Of a stretch of DNA of 64,000 bases, positions 1-12,600 are shown in pieces (the stretch's first letter is position 1; every line of letters begins with the position of its first letter). A model generated the notes under the pieces. That model saw only the letters and a program-made list of their open reading frames with translations, made no database searches and was not told the DNA's origin. The position numbers and the translations under genes were made by a program. The stretch comes from Psammoneis japonica (lineage: Eukaryota): the NCBI GenBank assembly GCA_008632985.1, contig QPGO01000042.1, positions 124,001-188,000 on the forward strand. The letters are read 5' to 3'.

Positions 1-519
1 TGCTTGAGCATCTCTCCTGCCAAAAGCACAACACTCGTGGTTCCGTCGCCCACTTCCGCGTCTTGACTCATGCTAATATCAACGAGTGTTTTGGCGGCAG
101 GATGGGCGATCTCCAAAAGCTTCATGATTGTCGCCCCGTCATTGCTAATCGTCACCTGTCGTCCGTCAAAAACAAGCTTATCCATCCCACGAGGTCCCAG
201 AGTGGTACGAACAGCATCAGCCACTGCTTGGCAGGCATTTATGTTGCTTACCAACTGCGCTTTACCCTGAGAAAGGAGTTTCAGAGCGACGCAAGAACAA
301 AAACACCGACATGAGTTGTGAGAATGATCCAGAAAGATTTCAGTACTAAGCGACGTAGAAATCTACGTAAGACACGGCGCACCCAAGCGACGAGGGACGT
401 GGGTGTAGTCTCCAACGATGACTTCATTTTCCTTTCTTGCAGCGAACGGATCTCACCTGAGAAGTATCGGTTCCTTCCCGAAGAAGGATGATACCGGGAC
501 GCATTCCAAATTGATTCAT
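1..519 (-). CDS. CCT7: T-complex protein 1 subunit eta (CCT chaperonin), 5' part; exons 519-457 and 266-<1
   Basis: Minus-strand translation gives [52 protein letters not shown]...[10 protein letters not shown]...[17 protein letters not shown] intron at 456-267. The gene runs off the window. Confidence 0.92.
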
Positions 520-989
520 CGTGATCTTCCTCCCTGGCTTGTGCTCGCAACCGGTCGAGTTGCGGTGTGTGTTGATCACGAAAGTGAGATGATGAAAACT
601 CAGTGAACTCTTCCGTCTGACAGACAGGCAGACAGACAGACGAGGAAATCTTTGCTTGTTTTGTCTCTCTGTCCGGATGAATCAGATTGGATATTCGGTG
701 AACCAGCGATTCTGCGTAACATCGCACGTCGGAAGTCGGAAAACACTCTGGACTCGTCTTCGCATTCTGTGTGGCAATGACCGACACCATCATCGTGGTT
801 GCGTCCACAGCTAGCACTGCAGCACCATATCTTGTTACTTAGTTCGAAAGTCCTGTTCCAGAGCGCCTACGAAAGGTTGTGTTGATAGGGATTGCTTTCA
901 AAGCGCTTTCTGAAATTAGTCTAAGAAAAAGCCCGTAATTGTCGCCCTCGTTAGTTTTGCGAGCATTCTTCCTGATTTCTGCCGATTCA

Positions 990-1010
990 ACACACACACA
1001 CACACACACA
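990..1010. repeat. (CA)n microsatellite just upstream of the ATG at 1015
   Basis: acacacacacacacacacaca seen directly. Confidence 0.9.
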
Positions 1011-1014
1011 AATC

Positions 1015-2987
1015 ATGGACCCGGGCGCACCAGTGTTACCCAAGAAAAAGACGAGAGTGAAGAGGACACGTGCAACGAATCGATCAGAAAAGATCCTTCC
1101 GACCAGTGTGGTAATTTCTGCCGGGTCGGGGAACCAGAATGCCGTCGAGTTGGGTCTGTTGCTTTCGATTGCGGTCGTTGCTCTGTACGTCTTTGGGTTT
1201 ACTCAAGCAATTCGATCCTTGCCAGACATCACGACTCCCATCAATTGGGCGAATCATATGGGCGCCAATCTCAACTTAGCAAAGGACGAATGGAATTCTC
1301 AAGGACGTTCGGCAGTTGCAACTACGCACAATGACAACATTCCAGAGTCCAAGTGGTTGGTGTCGATTCGGGACGAGAAGAACAATTATGAAACCATTAT
1401 TCATCCAGGAGATAACAAGACGCCCATGTCCGTCCCAAAATTCTGGTCTCGGCCTGTACACAACAACGGACTCATGAGTCGCGAAACTGCCATGAAGATT
1501 GGAAGCTGTATCCAACCTGACGAGAACGGAAGTCAATCTCGCGGAGACAAGTGCCCAAAGCACCAACGTACCATTTATGTTGGAATCGCATCGTATCGTG
1601 ATTTTCAGTGCAGACAAACGGTGGAAAGCATTTTTACTCGCGCCAAGTACCCTGAACGAGTTCGTGTGGGTGTAGTAGATCAGATTGTTTCTGGAGAGGA
1701 TCCAGTTTGTAACGAGCCCATTCAACCGTGCGATAAGAACCCCGAACAAGCCTTGTGCAAATACAAGGACCAGGTGGATGTGTATCAGATGGAAGCGCAG
1801 TTGTCAGTCGGACCAGTCTTTGCACGTCATATTGGCTACAGACTCTACCGCGGGGAGTATTATGCCACTCAGAGTGATGCTCATGTCACGTACACTACCG
1901 ATTGGGATGTTGACATTATCGATCAGTTGGAGCGAACTGGGAACGAAATGGCTGTCCTTACAACATATTTGAGGTAACTTTTTATCAGTGTTGGAGTTGC
2001 AGAGCAACTTACTCTTGTCGTTCCCACTCCTCACTTTCGTCAATGCTCTTAAATTGTTCCTTCGTGGCTGCGATGACAGTGATGTGCAGGGATCAATCAA
2101 CCAAAAGACGGGCAGGTCCCTTCGTAAAACCAGGCCGATCATGTGCAACACGGTATACGAGGGCGGAGTGCAGGGAATGCATCTCCGGCACGGCAGCCAA
2201 CCGGAGAGGCCGCCCTCAGTCCATGGCATGCCACAGCTAGAGCCATGGTGGGCAGCCGGATACTCGTTTTCTCGGGGACACTTCATTGTCAATGTGCCTT
2301 ATGACTATCTTTCCCAGATGATTTTTCAAGGCGAAGAAATGTCAATAGGAATTCGGGGTATGGTCACAATCGTTATGGGGTATAATGTATCACTACCCCA
2401 CTTGACCTTTCTGACTTTTACTCGTCTGTCTTGATCTTGCTTCTGTCAATAGGATTTAGTGTTGGCTACGACTATTACTCGCCCGAAAGGAGTGTTTGCT
2501 TTCATCATTACGCAATTGGTTCAAACGCGGGAGCAAGAAACAAGGTGAAACACTTTTGGGAGAACGGATCCAAGTATTCTGGGTAAGTTTTCCATCGAAA
2601 GTTCAGTGGCTGACTTTTCGGACTTGTCTTAATCGCTTCCATTGTTGCTCACGTGTATCCAGGACTGGAAAGAAGGCAATGGCACGGTTGCTCGGCATTG
2701 TGCATATGAATCCTGAGAAGGATCCTTCGACTTGGGATCATACAGACGAGGGCATTTACGGGATTGGTGGAGTTCGGACACCCGAACAGTTTTATGAAAT
2801 GTACGGTATTGACGTTGTCAACAAAAAAATAGAACCTCACCTTTGCAAATTCGTTGACAATGGTGGGAAAATGCATCACGCCTTCCAGCCGCACCTCCGA
2901 CCCGACGGTATGGGCATCGATTACAGCAAGATCAACTTCAAATTCAAAGATCCGGCACCGAATCAGGATAAGAGCGAAATATTCTAG
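1015..2987 (+). CDS. Gnt1/Skp1-hydroxyproline-type N-acetylglucosaminyltransferase (GlcNAc family, GT60-like), type II membrane protein; exons ~1015-1973, 2080-2357, 2453-2582, 2663-2987
   Basis: Motifs IYVGIASYRDFQC, GPVFAR, QSDAH, WWAAGYSFSRG, IFQGEE; N-terminal TM helix; GT-AG introns join the exons in frame. Confidence 0.85.
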
Positions 2988-3023
2988 AGATTAGCCAACT
3001 GAAAGTAAAACCTTGATTTATTC

Positions 3024-4600
3024 TTATTCAAAAGACTCCCAGTCATCAGAGTGATAGTATTCGGCAAGAAGGCGATAGATATAGCTAGGTTGAAATGCCC
3101 CAATGTTTGTAACGTACAAGCTGATTTGTTGCGGCGGAATGTAGTCGTGAACCGGGTTGACGAATTCCACGTCCGCCAATGAGGGATTACTCATCTCGGC
3201 GAGTTCAATCACAGAGCTCGGGCTGACCAAATCATTGAGGGTATCCTGTCCTTCATGCGGATACATTGGACAAAGCTTAAACATTCCCGTGATGCTCACG
3301 ACTGGGACAGAGTTGTACTTTGCAGCTGCAGCCACCATGTTGGAGCCGCTTGGACTAATGAGCCCACCGTTTGCCTGTCAAGAAGGAGAGCAACCCAGAT
3401 TCATGTTAGACTACTTTGGCATGTGAATTGGCTAACACTGCCTTTAGGATACAGCTCGGACACATTATTCATCGACTTACCAAGACGGCATGCGCCGGTA
3501 GCAACACTTTGTTTACCCTGGCCATAATGGCGAATGTGGCCGAGTCATTGATTACCATGGTATCGATACCAGCTTCTGCGAGAGATTTGGCCATAATATG
3601 ACCACCATAATGAGGGGCGCCTTCACAGACGACCACTTGAAACTGGCGTTTCTTGTCGGCAGCAGCCTTTAGGAACTGCGGATTCAAACCCAACACAAGG
3701 ATGAGATATGAAACGATGCATGGTCTAGGTGCTCGAGCAAGATATGATGAAACTTACCAGCTCGACCGTCTTGGAACGACCATATGTCAATATTATTTCT
3801 CCCGCATGAATATGGCTTGTCGATTGCTCATTGATGTTCTTGTGTAGGTCTTCCAGATCAGTCATAATTTCCTGAATGGCTTCCATCACAGACTGTTTCA
3901 AATCGGGACGATTAGCATAAAATACCGCAGGGAAGTCGCCACTTGACACGGTGTGCACTAGAGGCCCATCAGAGTCCATGGACGAAAATGAATCGGAGCG
4001 CCCATGTCCTCGTGAGGGTTTTGCAGAGGAATGCTGGGGATGAGCCCAGAGCATGTTTGTCAGCGACATCTTTCCTCGGTTCGTACCCCGCTTGAGAGAC
4101 ATCGTTCCTAACGACACCTCAAGTTCATCAATGCGATCCATATCTTTCTTCGTCTGCACTTCATTTTCGGGCCCCTCGTCTCCTCCCAGAGCAACCTCCT
4201 CACGTACCGCCGCCATTATGCGTCGAACCACGTTGCCGATTGCGGGTTCACGAAAGCCGCCTGCAGCGTGCAATTCCCGTCCCAAGCCACGAAGTAACGT
4301 CAAGAGCTGAGCCGCATTGCGCCATCTCGTATTTCCCACCAAGTGCTTAAGGAGCTCTACGGTTCGAGTTGTGACAAGTCTTCGATCTCTTGCGCCAAAC
4401 GTGCCCAAATCACTGGTCGAAGACTGAGAACGCGCCGCCGCTGTTGACGATGTGGATAGTCGACCTAACCGAAGCTCGATTTCAAATCTGTCTAGCAGTG
4501 AAAGTTGCTTTGGGTGGTGTGCAGCTAGCCATGCTCGAACACTTGTTGGGTCTGAGGTTGATAAACCTGCCTCCTCTCTCGAAGTTGCCGTCGCTGCCAT
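3024..4600 (-). CDS. EIF2B2: Translation initiation factor eIF2B beta subunit, 3 exons
   Basis: AIGNVVRR, IHAGEIILTYGRSKTVE, FAIMARVNKVLL, AVLANGGL, FKLCPMYP, DYIPP..ISLYVTNIG..PSYIYRLL. Confidence 0.88.
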
Positions 4601-4881
4601 GGTGTTGTGATGTATGTGTGCGCAGATTGTGTGTTGTGTGTGAGGCGTGAGGCTCGCTGGAGGCTGTGTGCGGTACAGTAGGCCCTATTTAGTGAAGGAC
4701 GATGGACGGACATCACGGGAACGTGGACATACATGGCATGCCATGCCATGGCGGCATGCCTCATCTCTACTCTAGACTCTAGAGAGTAGAAGTACCTATT
4801 GCACACCATATTTTGTACCTCACTCGTACTTCTACCTGTGTAGATTGCGGTGTGATTCAAGTTTACTTTAGAGTGTAAATA

Positions 4882-5997
4882 CTACACATTGTCTTCGGAG
4901 AAGAAAGATTTGAGCTCTCGTACCACACGAACCGCAGAACCCACGGCACCCTCCATTACGCCAGGTGACAAAGTATCCGCTTCGCTCCCAGCGAACATCA
5001 ATGTGCCGTCCCATTCCTTGGTAGAAAGAGCTCTGACTGGAGACGGGTGTGGATTAATTCTTTCAGGTTTCGCGTCTTCGCTTATGTATTTCTCATGTGG
5101 CCATCTCTGCACGTGAAAACCTTCGTAAGTCTTCGCTTGTCCAGCAAAATCCGGCAGCCTCATTGTAGACCAAACCTCTTGAATTTGACTAGCGCACTCT
5201 TCTGCCAGCGTCTCATCACTCTTTCCGGAAGGGCTCTGCCATGAGACCAAAGAGAAGAAAGTCAAGGCAAACACACGCTCATCCGCTGGGGAAGCGTCGT
5301 ATACCTGAAAGGCGGGACCAAAATTGTGTGGAACACCCATGTTTGATGCGTGGTTGGAGTCTTTCCAAAACCGCGTTGGGTATGTGAGTGCTACTTTTGT
5401 TACTCCCGCCATCCATGTCTGACTTTCTGACATGGCTTTCTGCTTTTCTCGTGATAAAGGTGGGTCAAAGCTCACGTTCTTGGAAAGAGGTTTTGGAGGC
5501 GCCGCAAACACTACTTTTCGTGCAAGATACACATCGTCGTTTTCGGTCTCCAAACGAACAAGCGGACTTCCTTCGCCAGTTTGTTCATCTAGGCTTTTCG
5601 CCATTTCTCTGGTCAATTTACAGGATTTAATGGCAGTATTGACAAGGATGTTTTCGGCGGGAACCTGGTCTTTGAGTCTGTGAATTAGCTGAACCGCTCC
5701 TCCGACGAACCGCATGGAACTTGGATCGTCAGGTTGCGCAAAGGTTGGAATGGACAAATCAGACACAAGTCGGGACAAATGAGGCTGATAACGCGGCCAA
5801 AACCATGCAGCTCCCAAGTCAATCTCGTTTCCTGCATCATCGTTGGTCAGTCGCCCTCCGACAACGGGTCTTGCCTCCACAAGTTTCCAAGATATGTTTC
5901 CTTTCATCTTGTGCATCTCATGCGCTATAAGCATTCCAGACAAGCCGCCGCCAACGATCACCACATCCAATACCCCTGTTGATGCATGAGACATCAT
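4882..5997 (-). CDS. Flavin-containing monoamine oxidase-like protein (ORF stays open upstream to 6246; likely start MMSHAST at 5997)
   Basis: Rossmann motif VVIVGGGLSG, EAR..VGGR, DLGAAWFWP, C-terminal FAGSE...GVMEGAV. Confidence 0.85.
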   Translation of the reverse strand: MMSHASTGVLDVVIVGGGLSGMLIAHEMHKMKGNISWKLVEARPVVGGRLTNDDAGNEIDLGAAWFWPRYQPHLSRLVSDLSIPTFAQPDDPSSMRFVGGAVQLIHRLKDQVPAENILVNTAIKSCKLTREMAKSLDEQTGEGSPLVRLETENDDVYLARKVVFAAPPKPLSKNVSFDPPLSREKQKAMSESQTWMAGVTKVALTYPTRFWKDSNHASNMGVPHNFGPAFQVYDASPADERVFALTFFSLVSWQSPSGKSDETLAEECASQIQEVWSTMRLPDFAGQAKTYEGFHVQRWPHEKYISEDAKPERINPHPSPVRALSTKEWDGTLMFAGSEADTLSPGVMEGAVGSAVRVVRELKSFFSEDNV

Positions 5998-6328
5998 TTG
6001 ATGGTGCTTCTTCTGCTTCGAATGCTTTAGCAGCCCCTCCCTCTCACACCGACGGTCGGTGATGAAGCTGATGTCTGATGTGAGCGGGATGGTTCTGTTT
6101 TTTGTGTCTTCTGTCTTTTCGCGCGGGGAAGAATCGCGCATGGCTTTTCCCATTCGATCTGGCTTGCGTTGCTTGTCACAATGTTGGATGTTCCGTTTTG
6201 TGTGGGTGCATCTACATACTTCTACTCTATTACTCTGCTTCTTCACCGGTAGATGTTGACGTTGTCGAGTTATCGTTTTGTGAGCTATTATTTTTTCTGT
6301 TTCGAGACACTTATACGAAAGATCAACT

Positions 6329-7540
6329 ATGCCTTCATGTACATGCGTCGATCCGCCTCATGTGGATCTTTGTACTGCTTGCTCCTTGAAAGATGTTTCC
6401 CATGACGACATTGACACGACGAGAAGAAAGCAAAAATTAAGAAGCGCACTGCAGAGACTCGGTTATTGTCATATCTCCGTAAAGAAATCTCAACTATCAG
6501 AAGACTCGCCGTTGCGTGATCTAAGCGGCAATCGAACGAAAGAGGAGGTTGAGCGTCTGTTTCATCCTGACTTCCTCCAGTCGCTTCGATCGTCAAATGG
6601 CGTTGACGTTTTTTCGCTTGAAGACGAAAGCATCACGTATCGAGGAAGAACCGCGGAAAGCGGGGATTCTTTAGCCTTGAAGTCAGAGCCCAAGCAATCA
6701 TGGGAAATCAAAAGATGCCGCCGCCGTCGTCGCGGTAAAGCTGTTGTGAACGATGATTGCGCGGAACTAGAATTTCTGAGTTGTTGTGTTGAAGCCCTTC
6801 ATTCGGTATCAGTGATGGTGACACGACTGCTGGATCTACCGCCCAATGTCCTCATCAAAGAAGATTCCTGTATCTGCGAAAGCGGTACTAGTCGTCAGTG
6901 CCAAGATTGCAATGCTGATTTGCTGAGAGTCTTTTACTATGACGCCGTCGAAAATCCCGAGACATTGGGATCAAGTGCTCATACAGACTGGGGAGGCCTG
7001 ACGGTTGTCTGGCAAGATGAAATTGGAGGGCTTGAAACCTTCTGTCCGCTTCACGAGCGGTGGATTGACGTAGCCGCACCGAAAGCAACAGAGGAGGGAA
7101 GCGACGACGATGAAACGCTACGTTTCGTAGTACATGTGGGAGACGTCACCAGCTTGTCAATGGGACATGCTGCTTCTGGAATAGCAAGTGCACGGAACGC
7201 TGAGTCCGGCAACTCACAATCAGTTTGGCCCTCACCACGACATAGAGTTGTGTGTCCCACGAACTTGATTCCTCGGGTGAGTTTGGTATACTTTGCTTAT
7301 CCACCGCCAGGGGTGACTCTACAGGATATGACGGAGTCACTACGGAAGTGGTGGGGCGAAAATACATCATCGTGTGAACAAGTCGGCGATATTGATATCA
7401 GTTATGAAAGCTATAGCTTGTTGCAGGATCAATCTGCGAATGGAACGCACTCGTCGGCACTGGAAACATTCGAAAGCATCAAGACACAACCTCTGCAAGA
7501 GGTTTTTTCCGCAAAGTGGCAGCAGGTCCAACGCAGTTGA
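6329..7540 (+). CDS. 2-oxoglutarate/Fe(II)-dependent oxygenase (IPNS-like)
   Basis: LLRVFYY, HTDWG (HxD), VVHVGD, HRV, RVS (RxS). Confidence 0.85.
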   Translation: MPSCTCVDPPHVDLCTACSLKDVSHDDIDTTRRKQKLRSALQRLGYCHISVKKSQLSEDSPLRDLSGNRTKEEVERLFHPDFLQSLRSSNGVDVFSLEDESITYRGRTAESGDSLALKSEPKQSWEIKRCRRRRRGKAVVNDDCAELEFLSCCVEALHSVSVMVTRLLDLPPNVLIKEDSCICESGTSRQCQDCNADLLRVFYYDAVENPETLGSSAHTDWGGLTVVWQDEIGGLETFCPLHERWIDVAAPKATEEGSDDDETLRFVVHVGDVTSLSMGHAASGIASARNAESGNSQSVWPSPRHRVVCPTNLIPRVSLVYFAYPPPGVTLQDMTESLRKWWGENTSSCEQVGDIDISYESYSLLQDQSANGTHSSALETFESIKTQPLQEVFSAKWQQVQRS

Positions 7541-7658
7541 AAGCTGGCACCCTATCGACATTGCCGGTCACTGGTAGATAGATCAAGGCTGGACGCGCAA
7601 GACAAAGGTCCGGGGATTGCGAAACCCCGAGGTAAAGGATCGGATCTTTCTCTTCAGA

Positions 7659-8860
7659 TTATAACTTATAAAACCTTTGAAATGCTTCAATCTGAGCAAC
7701 TATTGTTTCGAGATGGGGGCAGACACATTTAACTCGTTTGCGCGGTCCACGGGTTTTCTGAACAGGTATTTGACTTCCATAGGCCGCCGTTCTAGAAAAT
7801 CAAGCATTGTGGACGTCGAGTAGTCTCCCATTCCATCGCTGAGATCCATCATTGCTTTTTTCTGGCAAATGAACGAACGAGACGACATTTATTAGATTTA
7901 AATCGGCAATGTAGCGACCCACCTCGACAAGCTTACCTCGGTTTCACCCAGAAACGTTGATGGATCTTCCCCGTGAAAGGCAAGGTCCGCGTTCGCAGCC
8001 GCAATTGTTTCATCCATGATAATGTACGCCAAACGCCTTAGAGCTGGATCGCTCACAATACGATCTACCGTTATGCCACCCATAGACACGCTTATTCCGT
8101 TGAACGGTAGGTTCCAAACATTCTTCTTCCATCTTCCTCGCAATAGGGAAGATTCGTACGCTATTTCAACCTTGGTATTCTTCCAAAGGTCTTCAAAGGC
8201 TTTCTGATCTGTAGAAGTGCCAGGAGAATGAGAAATAGCGCAGCCACCTGTAAGAAGACCGGCGTAGGAGTGGTCCACAATCCCTGGTTGAAGACGATTG
8301 CAACAAATGAGAGCCATGCCCCCATAGAAAGCAGCGGCGCAGTCTATTGGTTGTTTCCCTCCAGAAACATGTGTCAGTTTTGTGAGAATATCATCCTCGA
8401 TTAACCCGTTCATTATGAACAAGACCCTCGTGGATCCTTTCTTCATAAGAGGTAATATTAATTCCGGGATGGCATCGAGGGACGAGCTCTTCAAGGCGAC
8501 AATCACCCAGTCGACCTTTCCGATTTGTTGTGTTGTTTGGAACGCTTGAAGAGAGTCTGGAGGGATGTACATGTCTCCATATATTGACGTCACATTCAAA
8601 CCATTTTCTACACTAACTTTGTAATGCAAGCCTCTCATGTGAAACTTGACGTTATAGTTGCCACCCTCCCACAATCTCGCTCCGTAATAGCAACCGATCG
8701 CGCCAGAACCAACAATTGCAACACATGGAATGTCGGTCGCGGCCGCGTCAAGAGACAGCGGATATCTGATGCTTCGTTTTCCCGGCGCTCTCCAATTTAC
8801 AAAGCAAGTTCCATAGTAAAGGCTCGAAAGAAACAAGAAAAAGAGCAACATGGACCGCAT
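7659..8860 (-). CDS. panE: 2-dehydropantoate 2-reductase (ketopantoate reductase, PanE/ApbA family); one intron ~7862-7937; apparent 1-nt frameshift at G5 run 7715-7719
   Basis: VAIVGSGAIGCYYG, VIVALKS, MNGL, WKKNVWNLPFNG, STMLDF...PMEV. The natural C-terminus PHLETIVAQIEAFQRFYKL* lies in the shifted frame. Confidence 0.85.
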
Positions 8861-9609
8861 TCTTTGTTAATGTTGCTGCTGTTGATGTGAGATGTGAAAC
8901 TTGGGTGAAATTCAAAGTTTTGGATTTGGATGACCTCCATCCAGAACGCGATCTTTCTGATCTGATATTTCGGATTTTTTAAGGATTTGGATTATTTGAT
9001 TTTCGCCGATTTTGCACAATTTTTATTAAAAATGGATACGGACAAAACCACGACTCCGTATGTACAGAACGTACCGTACGTAGGGCCCTACGTGTACCTA
9101 CTGTAGGCCGGTGGGTATGTACAGGAATTTCTATTTTATCCAATGACGAATATTGTTTCATTCATAATTCTCCAACAATGACCATGACCATTCAATGGCA
9201 TTGTCGAGTCAACGGATATTGTCAGTGAAAGATATTATCGAACTACTCATCTTTTGATATGAGTATTAGGTATCCCCTATTAAACTATCAGAAAGCTATA
9301 TCGTATTTAATAATTGAAGGTTGTATCTTTCTTTTTCGTGCTTCCATGCAGTACAAACGAAACGTAGAATAGATCATTCGATGACGTTCTGCGGTTTCGC
9401 GTGTCATTCCGCGCTTGCGAGCGATCCACGAGCAGTCATTCATGGTTTTTTTTTTGCGCGTTGCTCATTCGGGCAGGCAGTTGAGTATCCTGCCTCGGGC
9501 TTTGCATGGGAAGTCATCCATTCGCAACAGTTGTTAACACCATTGACTCTATCCCGAGTGCCGTAGGAGTCGTCTCTACCGTAGGCCGAACAGGACCGTA
9601 GCCCTGACG

Positions 9610-12600
9610 ATGAACCAGCAATCGATTTCAGGCAGCACGCCGATGGAGGGCGTGAGCCATGGGAACCTGGCCCAGAAGCGTATGAAGCGCGGCGAGTGCC
9701 CCACGTGCGGCACGAAGACGCACAAGGTCAACTTCTTCGGCAAAAAGACGGCGCTTACTGTGGAGGGCCAGGCGCTCTACGGAAGATGTTTGATATGCAA
9801 CCCTGTGGAGGGATACTCTCGCCGTCCACCAGACCAGCCGGTCGTCCCCCAGAGCCTCGAGATTATGGAGAGAGAGGAGGAGGATGACGCTGGGACAATG
9901 GTGTCCGGCATCACCCTCGACTACCGCCTCGTCCAGGGCGCGAGGCAGTGGGACAGCGGAGTACCGGAAGACGACGATGACGACAACGACACTTACCGGG
10001 ACATGGACAAGTTCCAGAACGCCCCGAAAAATCGCCCAACTCCGAGCATCTGCGAGGAAGAGGAGAGTGATGACTGGCGCCCAACGAACAGGCGGGGTCC
10101 TCCGCCCCCCAGAAGATCCGGCCCAGGTCACGGTGGTAGACCTAACCCATCCCGTGTTTCAAGAGCTCCTCAATTCGGGATGGGAGTCATCGAGGAAAAG
10201 GACACCGTGACTGAAACAAGCTCTGGTGCCAACAGAGATTCAGAAGGAAGCGGAGAGAGGAGCTCTTTGCGCGAACGCGAGAATCAAGCCCCTTCGTATG
10301 ACGTGGGTAGGGACAGCTACCGTGGTGACCGATTCAGGCCCGAGGAGGAAAAGAATGAGGTTCAGCCACCCGATGAATACGAGGAAGACCAGGTTGGATA
10401 TGATGATCATCATTACGCAAGCAATGAAGATGCCCGTAGCAAACCCAGCCAAGACATAACGTTCAATCCCAAGGAACCTGGAAGAAGAGGCAAGTCTTCA
10501 AGAAGCCTTAACGTCGAACCTAAGCGCGTCAACGAAAGCTACGATCCAGACGGGTCGTCCAAACGTTCCGGGAAGAAACAAGCAAGTCGAAACGACGACG
10601 TTGAGTTTAATCGCGAAAGAGAACCTCAAGATAGTTATGAAGACGAATATGACACACGAAGCTCGAGTCAACGTGGGTATTCTTCCAAGACGTTGCCAGC
10701 TCAACTCAAGAAGGAGCCTCGAGATGACCGCGGTTCTTCTCACCGTTCGAAGGACGAAAGTCGCGGTGGGGGGCGGTCCAAGGATGACGATGGAATCAGT
10801 CTACACTCGGGCCAAGGTCGAAGCGGTAGGAGCAAGAAAAGTAAATCGAAAGACGATGGGTCCAAGAGGCGCAAGGGTAGAGGCATGCCGGACGACGATA
10901 ACCTCGAAGGCCCAGTTGCACGCCCTACTGCTACTTCGAGCAAATCAGTTCGTACCCGCAAGAAGGAAGCAACGGGCTTGGTAAGCAAAGACCGAGTCAG
11001 GGCGATGTTTCGACAGCTCTCCCAGGTAGGAGACCGCGACGAAAAGCCGCGCGTGTCGCCTGACGAAATTCAGACGATCGTAGCTTGCTTGAATCTACCC
11101 GAATCTACATCGCTCGTTCGCGAGCGTGCGTTTGAAGCACTTGAGGAGGTGATTTGGGAGTCTGGACAGGACGCCAAGGACTTGTTGGTGGAACACAAGG
11201 GTATTGAAGCTCTGGTTCAGTCCATGTGGCAGGACATGGGCAATTCTGCTGTACAGGTCACGGCGGTTGGGCTAATGTTTGCCCTTTCAGCATCAACAGA
11301 CGGTGTCAACGATAATGACATTATGACCGACATGAAGGCGCAAGGCGCCGTGGATGCTCTTCTGATTTCTATGCAGACTCACGTTTATGTTGAGGGAGTC
11401 CAGCGGTCTGGTTGTCTCGCACTGTGCTGTCTTGCAGCGGCGTCTTCGGATAACCGCAACATCAATGACGGAACCTTGTCTGGAGCCGTTCTGAGCGTTG
11501 TGAATGCAATGAGTGGACAGCAAGACTCGCTTGCAATTCAGGAATGGGGCATCCGTGCCCTCTACAACCAATGTGTCTACTCAGTCAACGCCGAGAGTAA
11601 CAAAATAAGCCTTGGGAAAGGGAGCTACGATGGCGGAAACTGTGTTGAAGTGATCAACCGTGCGATGGACATCGCCAAGTCGGAGTTAGTTACTGTTGAA
11701 TGGGCATGTAGACTGTACTGGTGCATTTCTTCGAATGACGATATTGCCAAGGCGTTGGTTTCATCAAACCAGTCCCTTCAGGCGATAGTGAACGCGCTCC
11801 GATCTTTTGATAGAAATCCAGATGCTGGTTCCTTGGCAGAGGCAGCCTATGGAACGCTGTCAAACCTTGCTCGATTTGATCAGAGTCACGATGGTCTCCG
11901 AAATGCTGGAGTCATCACATTAGCCGTTGAATCGATGAAGTTCTTCAGTAATGAAGAGGGATTGAACATTGAAGCATGCTCACTTCTTGCCAACCTCGCT
12001 TGCAGTCCAATGGAAAAGGACGCCATTCTTCGCGCATCTGCCGTGAAACCAATTGTCAAGACTATGGATATCTTTCCCAACAACGAGTTTTTGCAAGAAG
12101 AAGCATTGAGGACGCTCCTTTGCCTGAGCATTGACTTTGAAGAAGGAAAAAAGGCTGTATCATGTGAAGAGGGCATCAAGGCGTTAGTTCAGGCACTTGA
12201 ATACCATCGAGATTCTTTGGCTGTCCTCGAGATGGCGTGCTCTCTTATGGCTTCGCTTAGCGCTCGCCAAGAGAATCTGAGGCAAATTGTATTGCAAGGT
12301 GGCATCCACGCTCTTGCGCAAGCAATGAATGCTCACGTTCAAGAGCAGCATCTCCAGGAGCTGGCGTGCGCCGCATTCCGCAATCTGTCTTATCTTGACG
12401 GAGATATTGAAGATCTCCTCGATGAAAATAACGTCGGCGCTCTTGTTCAGGCCATGGATGCTCATCCCAACTCCCAGGAGGTACAGCTGCATGCTTGTTG
12501 TGTGCTGTGGAATCTTTGTACCAAGTCGCAGAAAGATCCCGAAATTATTGTGGCCGTAGGTGGGATTAAAAGTATTGTGAAAGCTATGCAGTCGCATATG

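Noticed and set aside
281..817. 178-aa minus-strand ORF
   Set aside because: It overlaps CCT7 exon 1 in another frame, plus its intron and promoter. No recognisable domain.
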